64,000 nucleotides of DNA from Pseudomonadota bacterium (GCA_023403845.1 JAEYDL010000016.1:5315-69314); one strand, 5' to 3'; positions 27,354 through 36,492 are shown, counted from the stretch's first letter. Notes: generated by a model not told the origin, from the letters alone. Program-made: numbers and translations.

Positions 27354-29405
27354 ATGAACAACGCCCCTCTCGACGCGGAACATCCCTCCGCCATCGAGTC
27401 TACCCCTCCAAAACAAACTCTGTCGGCAGACGCCAGCGCTTCCGGCGAAACATCTCCTTCCGCTGGAACAGAGGCGGATCCGTCCGGCATGGAAACATCT
27501 GTTCCCACGCAACCTGAGACTTTGCTTTCTGAACAGCCGGCCAGTTCCAGACAGAGTGAACAATCCTGGCCGGATGAAGTCAGGGAAGAATCCCCATCTC
27601 CAACAGAGGATTCCGTCTCTTCTCCGGAAACAACCGGGCACCGGCCGGGAGTTGCAGCACGCTGCTTTACCGGGCTGTCTTTCGCAGGACCGCTCGTTCT
27701 GCTTGTTCTTTGGGCCATACAGGCCATCCCCAATCTGCTCGGACGGGAACCACGCGCGTTGCATGAACTTGCCGCCGGACTCCAGACCTGCTATCTCGGC
27801 GTCGACCCGTGGCTGGCGGAACAGCTGGCTTCGCATCCCATGTCCGACATGACGCCGGTTTACACATGGTTTCTCAAGGGTCTGAGTCTGATTCCCGGCC
27901 TTGACGGTCTGCTCTCCGCCATCCCCTGTGTGATCCCCGCCGGAGCTGCCGGGATTTCCCCCTATCCCGAATTGCTGCCTCTGGGGACAGCCCTGGCTTC
28001 TCTTTTCCTCGTTCTGCTGACATGGTGTCTGGCCCGGGCCACCGGCAATGACCGCAAGACGGCCTTCGCTTCCGGACTTGTTCTGCTTGCGGGACTGGCA
28101 TGGATGGGTCTCCCCTGCCTTGCCGGGGATGAGCTGCTTGGTGCTGCGCTCATGACTCTGACTTCCATTTGTCTGTACCGCGGCTGGCGTAAGGACTTTG
28201 CTCCGCTCTGGCTGCTGTGCGGCTTTGCTCTGGTTGCGGTTTCTACATTGGCTGTGGGACTGCCCGGACTGGTCTTTCCTCTGCTTACCAGCCTGTTCTT
28301 CCTGATCTGGCGCGGCACATTCCGCCGGGCCGGAGCCAGAGACGGGGCTCTCGCCTTCGGCGTAATGCTTATTCTCCTGTGCGCATGGGGTACGCTCATA
28401 GCCTTCTCCGATGGCGGCCGCGAACTGCTCAGAACAGAACTTGAGGCCCAGTTCCTTGCTCCCATCCTTTATGGACTGGAACTTCAGGGGCGAGATTCAT
28501 GGATCATCCCTGCAACTCTGGCTCTGATCTGGTTGCCGTGGACGCTCCTGATTCTTTTTCTTCCCTGGGAACGCATCGGAGGCTTCCTGCGCCGTATCGG
28601 TTCCAACCGTCGGGAACGCCCCGGTCAGGGCTGGCTCTGGTGCTCTCTGCTCGTAGGTCTGATCGTGTTTGCGCTTCTCGGCGCCGTTTCGCCCCTGCTC
28701 CTCCCCCCTCTGCTGCCGCCCCTGGCCGTGTTGACGGCTCAAGGACTGCTCAGCATTGGAGAACGGCGCAGCCGGGCCTTCTTCCTGCTGCTGGCCATTC
28801 TCCTTGCCTTGCTCGGCCTGTTCTATGCCGTGGTCGCCTTCTACCCGCTGATCAGCACTCTGCCTCCAGCACTGGTGGCCGTCCGCCCCGTACCACTCCC
28901 GCTTGCCGAGGCAGCAATCCCTGTAGCAGGCTTCATTCTCTTTGCTCTGCTGCTCTGGAAAGCTGTGGATCGCACCCGTTCAGACGGATCATTACTGGTG
29001 TTCACTATTCTGGCTCTGCTGCTTGCGGCGCCTCTGGCCTGCCTTACGGAACATCCGGCCGCCCCTCTCCCTGCATCTCGGGATAGTTCTCCCATTCAGG
29101 CGGAACCCAATTCTTCGGAGGATTCGCAGCCTTCCGATATGAACTCCAAGGTCGACACACTGCCCGAACAGTCTGCCGTTTCTGAAGACACCACAGAACC
29201 GCCTGCCATTACGGACACCGCTCCGGTCGCCCTGCCTGATGAAAAGCCTGCGGAACCCCTGACTCCAGCCGCTCCGGCTCCTTCTGAAGAGAAACTTCCC
29301 AGCCCGATTCAGAGTTCCGTACCCGCTCAGGAAGTACCCGCTTCCCCGGTCCCGCAGCCAGCCACTCCGGACACTCCGGAAGCGCAGGCAATATCAACCC
29401 GATAA
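27354..29405 (+). CDS. Polytopic membrane protein, GT-C (ArnT/PMT_2-like) glycosyltransferase fold suspected, with long low-complexity termini
   Basis: 683 aa with SD GAAGGAG. The core has many TM helices and an ArnT/PMT_2-like segment (LPLGTALASLFLVLLTWCLARATGNDRKTAFASGLVLLAGLAW). About 100 aa at the N-terminus and about 120 aa at the C-terminus are Pro/Ser/Glu/Ala-rich. Confidence 0.5.
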   Translation: MNNAPLDAEHPSAIESTPPKQTLSADASASGETSPSAGTEADPSGMETSVPTQPETLLSEQPASSRQSEQSWPDEVREESPSPTEDSVSSPETTGHRPGVAARCFTGLSFAGPLVLLVLWAIQAIPNLLGREPRALHELAAGLQTCYLGVDPWLAEQLASHPMSDMTPVYTWFLKGLSLIPGLDGLLSAIPCVIPAGAAGISPYPELLPLGTALASLFLVLLTWCLARATGNDRKTAFASGLVLLAGLAWMGLPCLAGDELLGAALMTLTSICLYRGWRKDFAPLWLLCGFALVAVSTLAVGLPGLVFPLLTSLFFLIWRGTFRRAGARDGALAFGVMLILLCAWGTLIAFSDGGRELLRTELEAQFLAPILYGLELQGRDSWIIPATLALIWLPWTLLILFLPWERIGGFLRRIGSNRRERPGQGWLWCSLLVGLIVFALLGAVSPLLLPPLLPPLAVLTAQGLLSIGERRSRAFFLLLAILLALLGLFYAVVAFYPLISTLPPALVAVRPVPLPLAEAAIPVAGFILFALLLWKAVDRTRSDGSLLVFTILALLLAAPLACLTEHPAAPLPASRDSSPIQAEPNSSEDSQPSDMNSKVDTLPEQSAVSEDTTEPPAITDTAPVALPDEKPAEPLTPAAPAPSEEKLPSPIQSSVPAQEVPASPVPQPATPDTPEAQAISTR

Positions 29406-29479
29406 CCCATGCAGGCCCTGGAAAATATCCGGGGCCTTTTCTTCCATATTCGCCCCGAACCGTTCTCAAGGAGTTTCTT

Positions 29480-29830
29480 ATGAACAAGTGCAAAATTACG
29501 GTCCTCAAAAAGACATTTGATGCGGAACTGGTTAGAGAATATGGAGCAGAAGGCCTGAGCGCATGTCCCATGCTCAGGGAAGGACAGGAATTTCTTGCCG
29601 ATTACGCCTGTCCCCAAGGCTTCTGCGATGAAGCCTGGAAGGCGATCTACCAATATGTATTCGCCATCGCGCATGGAGCCGGTTCCGATGGAAGTCTTTT
29701 TTATTACGGGGACTGGATTCGCAAGCCGGGCATCGCGATCTGCAGCTGCAACGACGGACTGCGCCCCGTCATCTTCAAGATAGAACGAACTGATCAGGAA
29801 GCGGAAATTGATTATGAACCGGTAAAATAA
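29480..29830 (+). CDS. Small Cys-containing protein resembling the TIGR04076 family
   Basis: 116 aa: MNKCKITVLKKTFDAELVREYGAEGLSACPMLREGQEFLADYACPQGFCDEAW... It matches my memory of the TIGR04076 N-terminal pattern; not verified. Confidence 0.6.
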   Translation: MNKCKITVLKKTFDAELVREYGAEGLSACPMLREGQEFLADYACPQGFCDEAWKAIYQYVFAIAHGAGSDGSLFYYGDWIRKPGIAICSCNDGLRPVIFKIERTDQEAEIDYEPVK

Positions 29831-30034
29831 TCTTCTTCCTGTCACGGCCCTTCGGGTTCTCTCAAGGAGAACCACGAGGGGCGCTCCCAATCCGTCTGCA
29901 ACAGGCGTCCCACTTGGGAACGCTTCAGGTCTGCTCCGAAATTCATCGCCGCGCTGCGCGGAGTGAATGGAAACGACGAAAGCGTTCTACTGGGTACGGT
30001 TGTCGAGGTCTGCTCCATCATGGCTGGTTATCCG

Positions 30035-30553
30035 CTACAGCCTGTACAGTGCAGCCTCGCGGCAAGGCAGCCCCGCGGCAGGCACAAGTACGGGAACAGC
30101 CATGGCAATTATGGAAAACTCGCGGAATGCGCCCTGCCTGACGATTTCGGGTACGAATGGACCTCCATGGCCTTTCAGGAGCAGAGCGCTTCCGGTCAGG
30201 CCGACCTGATTGGCGTTCCGGCCATCGTGCTTGTCTACCTTATCCCGGTCTTCGCCGTAGGCGCCATTCCTCTGCCCAGGATCCCGAAGCCGGAGGACCG
30301 ACGTCTTCAGCGGTATGATGGCCACGACTCTCCTGATGGTCTTCTGTGCACCGTTCTTCCTTGCTGTATTCACCGGACTGAATGAACACTTCCACGGGAC
30401 CAGCCGATCGATGGCGGCAGCGAGAGGAAAACGGTCCTTCTGAACAAGGCCCTTCTGGAACGGATCAGGCGAAAAAACTTCCAGCAAGGACAAAAACCGT
30501 GTCGCCGCCCCCCCTTCCTTTCCTGCTCCGGAAAAGCACTCTGATGCGAGCAA
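30035..30553 (-). CDS. Hypothetical ORF abutting the IS200-like element (strand ambiguous)
   Basis: 172 aa. Codon third-position G+C is similarly high for this ORF and for the opposite-strand ORF 29963-30385, so the strand cannot be decided by eye. No family recognised. Confidence 0.3.
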   Translation of the reverse strand: MLASECFSGAGKEGGAATRFLSLLEVFSPDPFQKGLVQKDRFPLAAAIDRLVPWKCSFSPVNTARKNGAQKTIRRVVAIIPLKTSVLRLRDPGQRNGAYGEDRDKVDKHDGRNANQVGLTGSALLLKGHGGPFVPEIVRQGAFREFSIIAMAVPVLVPAAGLPCREAALYRL

Positions 30554-30556
30554 ATC

Positions 30557-31237
30557 ACAACCACCCGCTTAGCAGGCGGTTTGCTCCAGCCCTATAAGGG
30601 CTTGCTACCGACCGGCGCCTAAATGGCACAGGCTTTCACTTTGTTCAAGCCCAGTGCCGTTGTCACCTGGCTTACCCCTTGAAGGGGTCGGCATACTCAC
30701 AAGTTGTCAATTTTTCTTGCATGATATCATGCCGTTCCTATTGCTGGATATATTTTTTGATAATGTCTTCGCTCAAGCCTGCGGTGCTTGCATAATATCC
30801 CTCTGCCCAAAATTTTCTGTTGTCAAACTTATAGTTGAGATTGGCATGCCTATCGAAAATCATCAGAGAACTTTTCCCTCTCAGGTACCCCATGAAACTC
30901 GACACGCTGATTTTGGGTGGAATACTCACCAACAGATGTACGTGGTCCGGCATCAAATGGCCTTCTAAAATTTCCACGCCTTTGTATCTCCACAAGTCGC
31001 GCAGGATTTCTCCTATGCTCGTTCGCAGTTCTGCAAAGATTATCCTTCTCCTGTAGTTAGGGGTAAAAACGATATGGTACCTGCACAACCATTTCGTATG
31101 ATCCAGGATCAGAGCCTTCAATCTCATAAAAAACACCTTTCCTTTCTTTTGTACGCTGAGCCTGAACAACTTCAGGCGTAGGGGAAAAGTGTTTTTTGTG
31201 TAGAACTGTTGTCGCCACCCACATAGCGGGTGGTTGT
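30557..31237 (-). mobile_element. IS200-like insertion sequence (IS200/IS605 family), about 0.68 kb
   Basis: It contains a Y1 (HUH) transposase gene. Subterminal hairpins lie at 30559-30581 (AACCACC..GGCGGTT) and 31215-31233 (CCACCC-ACATAGC-GGGTGG). The 13-mer AGCGGGTGGTTGT at 31225-31237 recurs as its reverse complement at 30557-30569. The exact ends are approximate. Confidence 0.75.
30738..31127 (-). CDS. tnpA: IS200-type Y1 transposase, ending at an in-frame TAG about 21 codons before the family-typical C-terminus
   Basis: ORF 30738-31169, with a likely start at MRLKALILDHTKWLCRYHIVF (31127). HUH motif PDHVHLLVSIPP; the catalytic-Tyr region is KKYIQQ. After the TAG the same frame reads ERHDIMQEKLTTCEYADPFKG to a TAA at 30672-30674. 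Confidence 0.85.
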   Translation of the reverse strand: MRLKALILDHTKWLCRYHIVFTPNYRRRIIFAELRTSIGEILRDLWRYKGVEILEGHLMPDHVHLLVSIPPKISVSSFMGYLRGKSSLMIFDRHANLNYKFDNRKFWAEGYYASTAGLSEDIIKKYIQQ

Positions 31238-31684
31238 CCGTTTCAGAAGCTACGCTTCCTCAACTGGCTGAAGCCTTAATCTGAGCCGTGGTCGCTCCTG
31301 TTGGAGCGGACGCGATTCTCATTCATAAACGTCGACACCGTCCCGTTTCCCCGCTTGCAGGATCTGTGAACACCTCACGGGGCTTGCCAAAACAACTTCG
31401 TCCGGCTATCGTTTCCGCATGTTCGTCGCACAATCGACACATAGCCTTCTCTCTGTTTCCGAAGACGCTCTTTTCCAGAGCGCCGTCGTTCCCTTCGCCC
31501 TTTCCGGGGCAGCCCTTCCTCCCTGACTGCGCTCATACGCCGCACGCTGACCCCGGCGGGGCAGCCTCCCATTTGTTTTCTGACCGTGTGTTACGGGCAA
31601 TGCCCGACTTTGGGTCGCACCATACCGTATTTGTAACGGTAAGGTTCGCCATATATATCCATATCCAGCATCAGGAGATCTGTC

Positions 31685-32518
31685 ATGAAGAAACTGTTTT
31701 CACCGGCCTCGGCCCTGCTGGCGACGCTGCTTATTACAGCCGTCGCGACGGCTGCCCCTCTCGACGCCTTCAAGGGCCAGAAAGGAGCTCTCGACATCGC
31801 CGGAGGCACAGCCCATATTCCGGTGATGAAGGAGGCAGCCAAACGCATCATGACGACCAACCCCGACATCCGCATCAGCGTTGCGGGCGGTGGTTCGGGC
31901 GTCGGCGTTCAGCAGGTGGGCGAAGGACTCGTCCAGATAGGGAATACAGGACGGGCGTTGAAGGATACCGAAATAACCAAATATGGCCTGAAGACCTTCC
32001 CGTTCGCCATTGACGGCGTTGCCCTCGTAGTGAATCCGGCCAACCGGGTCTCCGAAGTCACTGCGGAACAGGCCGTTGCCATTTACAACGGCAAGATCAC
32101 CAACTGGAAGGAACTCGGTGGCGATGACGCCCCCATTACCCTGTACACTCGCGAAGACGGCAGCGGCACGCGCGAAACCTTTGTCGAACGCGCGCTGAAA
32201 AAAGGCTCCATCGTCCAGTCCGCCAATGTGGTAAACTCCAACGGTGCCATGAAGACAGCCGTGGCTCAGGACAGGCAGGCCATCGGCTATGTGGGCATCG
32301 GACATCTGGACAAGAGCGTCAAAGGACTTGTCTTCAACAAGATGGTGCCCTCCCAAGAAAACGCCGCCTCCGGAGACTACAAGGTTACCCGCCTGCTCTA
32401 CATGAATACCAAAGGCGAACCCTCCGGGCTGACCAGGCTGTTCATCGACTACGTATACTCGCCTGAAGGCGCTGACATCATCAAGCACAGCGGGTACATC
32501 CCCACTGGCAGAAAGTAG
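31685..32518 (+). CDS. pstS: Phosphate ABC transporter substrate-binding protein
   Basis: 277 aa. Signal peptide MKKLFSPASALLATLLITAVATAAP and a PstS-family block (ISVAGGGSGVGVQQV). Confidence 0.85.
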   Translation: MKKLFSPASALLATLLITAVATAAPLDAFKGQKGALDIAGGTAHIPVMKEAAKRIMTTNPDIRISVAGGGSGVGVQQVGEGLVQIGNTGRALKDTEITKYGLKTFPFAIDGVALVVNPANRVSEVTAEQAVAIYNGKITNWKELGGDDAPITLYTREDGSGTRETFVERALKKGSIVQSANVVNSNGAMKTAVAQDRQAIGYVGIGHLDKSVKGLVFNKMVPSQENAASGDYKVTRLLYMNTKGEPSGLTRLFIDYVYSPEGADIIKHSGYIPTGRK

Positions 32519-32525
32519 TTCCATC

Positions 32526-32549
32526 GCGGGCTTCCTTCTGGAAGCCCGC
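32526..32549 (+). terminator. Intercistronic hairpin after pstS (attenuator or terminator)
   Basis: GCGGGCTTCC-TTCT-GGAAGCCCGC forms a perfect 10-bp stem, followed by CCTTTCC. Confidence 0.55.
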
Positions 32550-32580
32550 CCTTTCCAGGGGGTCCGCCCCAAGGACTCCC

Positions 32581-34392
32581 GTGTCTTCAGCCGCTCAATC
32601 CCTCATGCGAAGCAACACCTCTTCCGACCGTCCCGGACTCCTCACACTTGCAACCGTCTGTCTGGCCGGTCTGGCTGTCTGCGCCGTTTTTCTGCTGATC
32701 GCCCGCTTTGCCCTTCCCGTCGTATTCGGCGCACAGCGGGAGTTGATCTTTTCCTGGACATGGCGACCCGATAGCGGCGAATTCGGTATTCTGCCCATGA
32801 TCATCGGGTCTCTTCTGCTGTCGTCATCCGCCATGCTTCTAAGCTGGCCTCTGGCCGTGGGGGCGACCTGTTTCATGCACGGCTGCAGCGGACCAGGAGC
32901 AAGACAGCTTGCCGCAATCATTCGCTTCATGACGACGATTCCCACTGTGGTGTATGGTTTCGCTGCCACCTTTCTGCTGGTTCCTCTTGTGCGCGAGGCG
33001 GCAGGCAGAGGGTCTGGCCTGTGCTGGCTTTCGGCCATGCTCATTCTCGCTCTGCTTGTTCTGCCCACCATGGTTCTGATCATGGACGCAGCCATGCGCA
33101 CGTTGAACGAACGGCTTGGCCTTACGGCGGCGGCTCTCGGCCTTTCACGTTCCCAGACGCTGGCCTGCCTGCTTCTTCCCGCCTCACGGCGCTGGCTGCT
33201 CGCGGCGGGCATCCTCGGCTTCGGTCGCGCCATAGGAGATACCCTTATTCCTCTCATGCTGACCGGAAACGCGCCGCATATTCCGGACTCCCTGTTCTCC
33301 AGCCTGCGCACTCTGACGGCGCACATGGGACTCGTAACGGCTACGGAAGTCGGCGGTCCAGCCTATAATTCCCTGTTCGCGGCAGGCGGAATACTCCTGT
33401 TCACCAGCGCCAGCGTCAGTCTTATTCTGCGCCGCGTGGGGAAAAATACGGACGACGCCGAACTGCAACTACCCGCCCTGCCGTCGTTCTGGGGCCGACA
33501 TGGGCCTGCATGCCTGCAAGTTCTTTCCCTGCTGTCCGCCGTCGTCATTTTTCTTTCGATCTGTCTCCTTCTGGGCATTCTGCTTCGGCGCGGCCTGCCA
33601 GTTCTGACCCCCGAACTCTTTTTCGGTTCCACGCCGCCCTGGGCGGCTCTTACCGGACGGTTACCCGTCTGGGAAGGGATCTGGCCTGCATGTGCAGGGA
33701 CCCTTGCCCTTGTCGCGGTCACCATGTTGCTGGTTACCGGCCCCGGCATCGGCTGCGGCGTCTATCTTGCCGTCTACGCCCCTCCGCGTATGCGCCGTCT
33801 GCTTGGTTTCAGCATGGACATGCTGGCCGGAATCCCTTCCATCGTTATGGGCATTTTCGGCTTTACCCTGATTATCTTTCTCCGCCATACGGCTTTTCCG
33901 GAGGCCAGTCCCGGCATCCTTCTGGCAGCCGGCTGCCTGAGTCTACTCGTTCTGCCATCCCTCACCGTGGCGACCCGCTCAGCCATCGAAGGCCTGCCCC
34001 CATCCCTGCGCCTGACCGGTGCCGCGCTGGGACTCTCCACGGAACAGACTCTGCGCCATATTCTCCTGCCGCAGGCCAGCCGGGGCATCCTTGGCGGCGT
34101 CATGCTGGCCATGGGACGTGCGGCTGAAGATACAGCCGTCATCCTGCTTACCGGGGTAGTGGCCAATGGAGGCCTGCCTTCAGGACTCGGAACCCGTTTT
34201 GAGGCTCTTCCCTTTTCCATCTATTATACCGCCGCACAATATCAGTCGCAGGAAGAGCTGGCCCGAGGTTTCGGAGCCGCTCTGGTCCTGCTCCTGCTTT
34301 CCGGCGGCCTGCTGCTTCTGGCCTGGGGCCTGCACGGCCGCTTCCTGCGACGCTGGGAAACCGGCGCGGCGCAGCCAGGAGTCCGCATATGA
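32581..34392 (+). CDS. Fused phosphate ABC permease (PstC-like plus PstA-like halves in one polypeptide)
   Basis: 603 aa with a GTG start. Two ABC permease EAA-type loops: AAALGLSRSQTLACLLLPASRRWLLAAGILGFGRAIGDT and GAALGLSTEQTLRHILLPQASRGILGGVMLAMGRAAEDT. Confidence 0.8.
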   Translation: MSSAAQSLMRSNTSSDRPGLLTLATVCLAGLAVCAVFLLIARFALPVVFGAQRELIFSWTWRPDSGEFGILPMIIGSLLLSSSAMLLSWPLAVGATCFMHGCSGPGARQLAAIIRFMTTIPTVVYGFAATFLLVPLVREAAGRGSGLCWLSAMLILALLVLPTMVLIMDAAMRTLNERLGLTAAALGLSRSQTLACLLLPASRRWLLAAGILGFGRAIGDTLIPLMLTGNAPHIPDSLFSSLRTLTAHMGLVTATEVGGPAYNSLFAAGGILLFTSASVSLILRRVGKNTDDAELQLPALPSFWGRHGPACLQVLSLLSAVVIFLSICLLLGILLRRGLPVLTPELFFGSTPPWAALTGRLPVWEGIWPACAGTLALVAVTMLLVTGPGIGCGVYLAVYAPPRMRRLLGFSMDMLAGIPSIVMGIFGFTLIIFLRHTAFPEASPGILLAAGCLSLLVLPSLTVATRSAIEGLPPSLRLTGAALGLSTEQTLRHILLPQASRGILGGVMLAMGRAAEDTAVILLTGVVANGGLPSGLGTRFEALPFSIYYTAAQYQSQEELARGFGAALVLLLLSGGLLLLAWGLHGRFLRRWETGAAQPGVRI

Positions 34393-35144
34393 CCATAGCA
34401 GCCGACATCAAGGGACTTACCGTCTGTTTCGGCAAACGAACAGTCGTCAGGAATCTGACGCTAAAACTGCCCGCCGAAGGTGTTACCGTGCTCATCGGGC
34501 GTTCGGGTTCGGGTAAAACCACATTTCTTCGGGCTCTGAACAGACTGAACGAATGTCTGCCCGGCAGCCGGACGGTCGGGACAGTTCAACTGCTCATCGG
34601 CGGCAGGCTCATGTCGGTCTATGCTCCCGACGTGAATCTTTCCCTGCTGCGTCGCCGGGTCGGCATGGTCTTTCAGACGCCCAACGTGTTACCCGCATCC
34701 ATCCGCCAGAACATGCTGCTCCCTTTACAGCTCACCACGGGCCTTCTCCCCGGAGAACGGGAAGAGCGTATCCGGCATGCACTGGAAGCCGTGGGGCTGT
34801 GGGAGGCCGTGCGCGATCGTCTCGACGAATCGGCCGCCGCACTTTCAGGAGGCCAGCAGCAACGGCTATGTCTCGCCCGCACACTGGCCCTGGAACCGGA
34901 AATCATCTTGCTTGATGAACCGACGGCTTCCCTTGATCCCGCAACCACACAAGACATTGAGCTGCTGCTGCAACGGCTGGCCGAACGATATGCCCTCATC
35001 ATGGTTTCGCACGGTCTGTCTCAGGCCCGACGTCTCGGATCCCGCATGGTCCTGTTCGGAGACAACCACAGATACGCGGTGCTCAAACCGGAAGACCTGC
35101 CGCAGGAACACGAGCTTAATGAACTTTTTGGAGGAGAAATATAA
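34389..35144 (+). CDS. pstB: Phosphate ABC transporter ATPase
   Basis: 251 aa. Walker A GRSGSGKTT, signature LSGGQQQRL, Walker B IILLDEPT. The start overlaps the stop of the permease gene. Confidence 0.85.
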   Translation: MTIAADIKGLTVCFGKRTVVRNLTLKLPAEGVTVLIGRSGSGKTTFLRALNRLNECLPGSRTVGTVQLLIGGRLMSVYAPDVNLSLLRRRVGMVFQTPNVLPASIRQNMLLPLQLTTGLLPGEREERIRHALEAVGLWEAVRDRLDESAAALSGGQQQRLCLARTLALEPEIILLDEPTASLDPATTQDIELLLQRLAERYALIMVSHGLSQARRLGSRMVLFGDNHRYAVLKPEDLPQEHELNELFGGEI

Positions 35145-35227
35145 CCTCAGGGCAGTCCGGAAGGGAAAAGAGCACTCTATCTTCCCCCAGACCCCTCCCA
35201 AAGGAAAACTCGGAGAGCCGTACTATT

Positions 35228-35926
35228 TCAGATGGACAAAACGCCTTTCAACCAGTTCCGCAGCATACTTTGTCCGGCTTCCCGCACGGCGGCCCCATAC
35301 TTCAGAGCATCGGCTCTGACGATACGGGGATCAATCCCTGCCTGGGCGAGTTCGCAGGCATGTCCGATAAGCCAGGTTTCCAGTCGCTCAGCGTCCACTT
35401 CGGGGTGAAACTGCAGGGCCAACGCCCTCTCGGAAGCAAACGCCTGATGCGGTGTAAGCGGCGTCGAGGCCAACAGCCTCGTTCCCTTCGGCAAGTCAAA
35501 CGTGTCTCCGTGCCAATGCAGTACGGGGATGCTGTGTAAAAAACGCAAAGGTGAACACAACCCCTCCTCCGTCAATTCCACCGGACTCCATCCAATTTCC
35601 TTGCCCCTGCCCCGATGTACGGATACGCCCAGTGCGGCGGCCATCAGCTGAGCACCAAGACAGATACCTAAAAGAGGTCTCCGGGCGGCGAGGCGAAGCC
35701 GGATCATCTCCAGCTCTCGCGCCAGAAAGGGGTACCCAGCCGAATCATTTACACCGATGGGACCACCCAGCACGATGACCAGAGCAGCATTCGCCCACTC
35801 CCCGGCATCAAATGGATCAACCCCGGCCTGACGAAAGCGCACTTCAAATCCGGCTTCGACAAGCACGGTCCGAAATGTGCCCAGGTCCTCAAAGGCGACA
35901 TGCCGTATGACCAGACACTGTTTCAT
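35228..35926 (-). CDS. Class I glutamine amidotransferase-like protein
   Basis: ORF 35228-36073, trimmed to the ATG at 35926 (SD GAAGGAGAA). Nucleophile elbow GICLGAQL and a later HWHGD. Confidence 0.75.
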   Translation of the reverse strand: MKQCLVIRHVAFEDLGTFRTVLVEAGFEVRFRQAGVDPFDAGEWANAALVIVLGGPIGVNDSAGYPFLARELEMIRLRLAARRPLLGICLGAQLMAAALGVSVHRGRGKEIGWSPVELTEEGLCSPLRFLHSIPVLHWHGDTFDLPKGTRLLASTPLTPHQAFASERALALQFHPEVDAERLETWLIGHACELAQAGIDPRIVRADALKYGAAVREAGQSMLRNWLKGVLSI

Positions 35927-36032
35927 CGTTTTCTCCTTCAGTTCCGCTGCGCCAGTTTGACTTGTTCCCCTCCTTCGGAGAGAATACGCCCCATCCGCAA
36001 CACGCTGCGGCAATATGCACCAGAGGCCTGTC

Positions 36033-36485
36033 ATGTCAAACATATTGGTAATGCACGGCGTCAATCTGAACATGTTCGGAATGCGGGATCCCCTCCATTA
36101 TGGAACGGAGACCCTTGAGGACATCAACCGAAAACTCTCGGCGCTGGCGAACGAGCTGGAAGTACATGTGGATTTCTTCCAGTCCAATTGCGAAGGCGCA
36201 TTTGTGGAACGCATTCAGCAGGCCCATACGGACGGTACGGATGCACTGGTCGTCAATGCCGGGGCCTGGACTCACTACAGTTATGCAATCATGGACGCAC
36301 TGGCCATTCTGCGTATTCCAGTCATAGAAGTGCACATGTCCAACGTGCACGCTCGCGAGCCATTCAGGCACAACTCGGTACTCGCATCCGTAAGCAAGGG
36401 GTCCATCGCCGGATTCGGAGCGGACAGCTATCTGCTGGGTCTGCGCGCCGCCTGCGGCCTGCTTTCATCCATTCCTGCGGCATGA
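36033..36485 (+). CDS. aroQ: Type II 3-dehydroquinate dehydratase
   Basis: ORF 36015-36485. MSNILVMHGVNLNMFGMRDPLHYG ... NAGAWTHYSYAIMDAL ... EVHMSNVHAREPFRH, all hallmark AroQ blocks. Confidence 0.9.
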   Translation: MSNILVMHGVNLNMFGMRDPLHYGTETLEDINRKLSALANELEVHVDFFQSNCEGAFVERIQQAHTDGTDALVVNAGAWTHYSYAIMDALAILRIPVIEVHMSNVHAREPFRHNSVLASVSKGSIAGFGADSYLLGLRAACGLLSSIPAA

Positions 36486-36492
36486 GGTCAAA

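Noticed and set aside
26348-27733. 461-aa minus-strand ORF
   Set aside because: It overlaps the GntR gene and the start of the GT-C-like gene on the opposite strand. It has no motifs and looks like a shadow ORF.
31240-31684. Pho boxes, or a gene remnant between the IS200-like element and pstS
   Set aside because: I found only a short inverted repeat (TACCGT-N7-ACGGTA, 31623-31641) and no E. coli-type CTGTCAT repeats. Minus-strand frames give no protein-like sequence. The evidence is insufficient to call anything.
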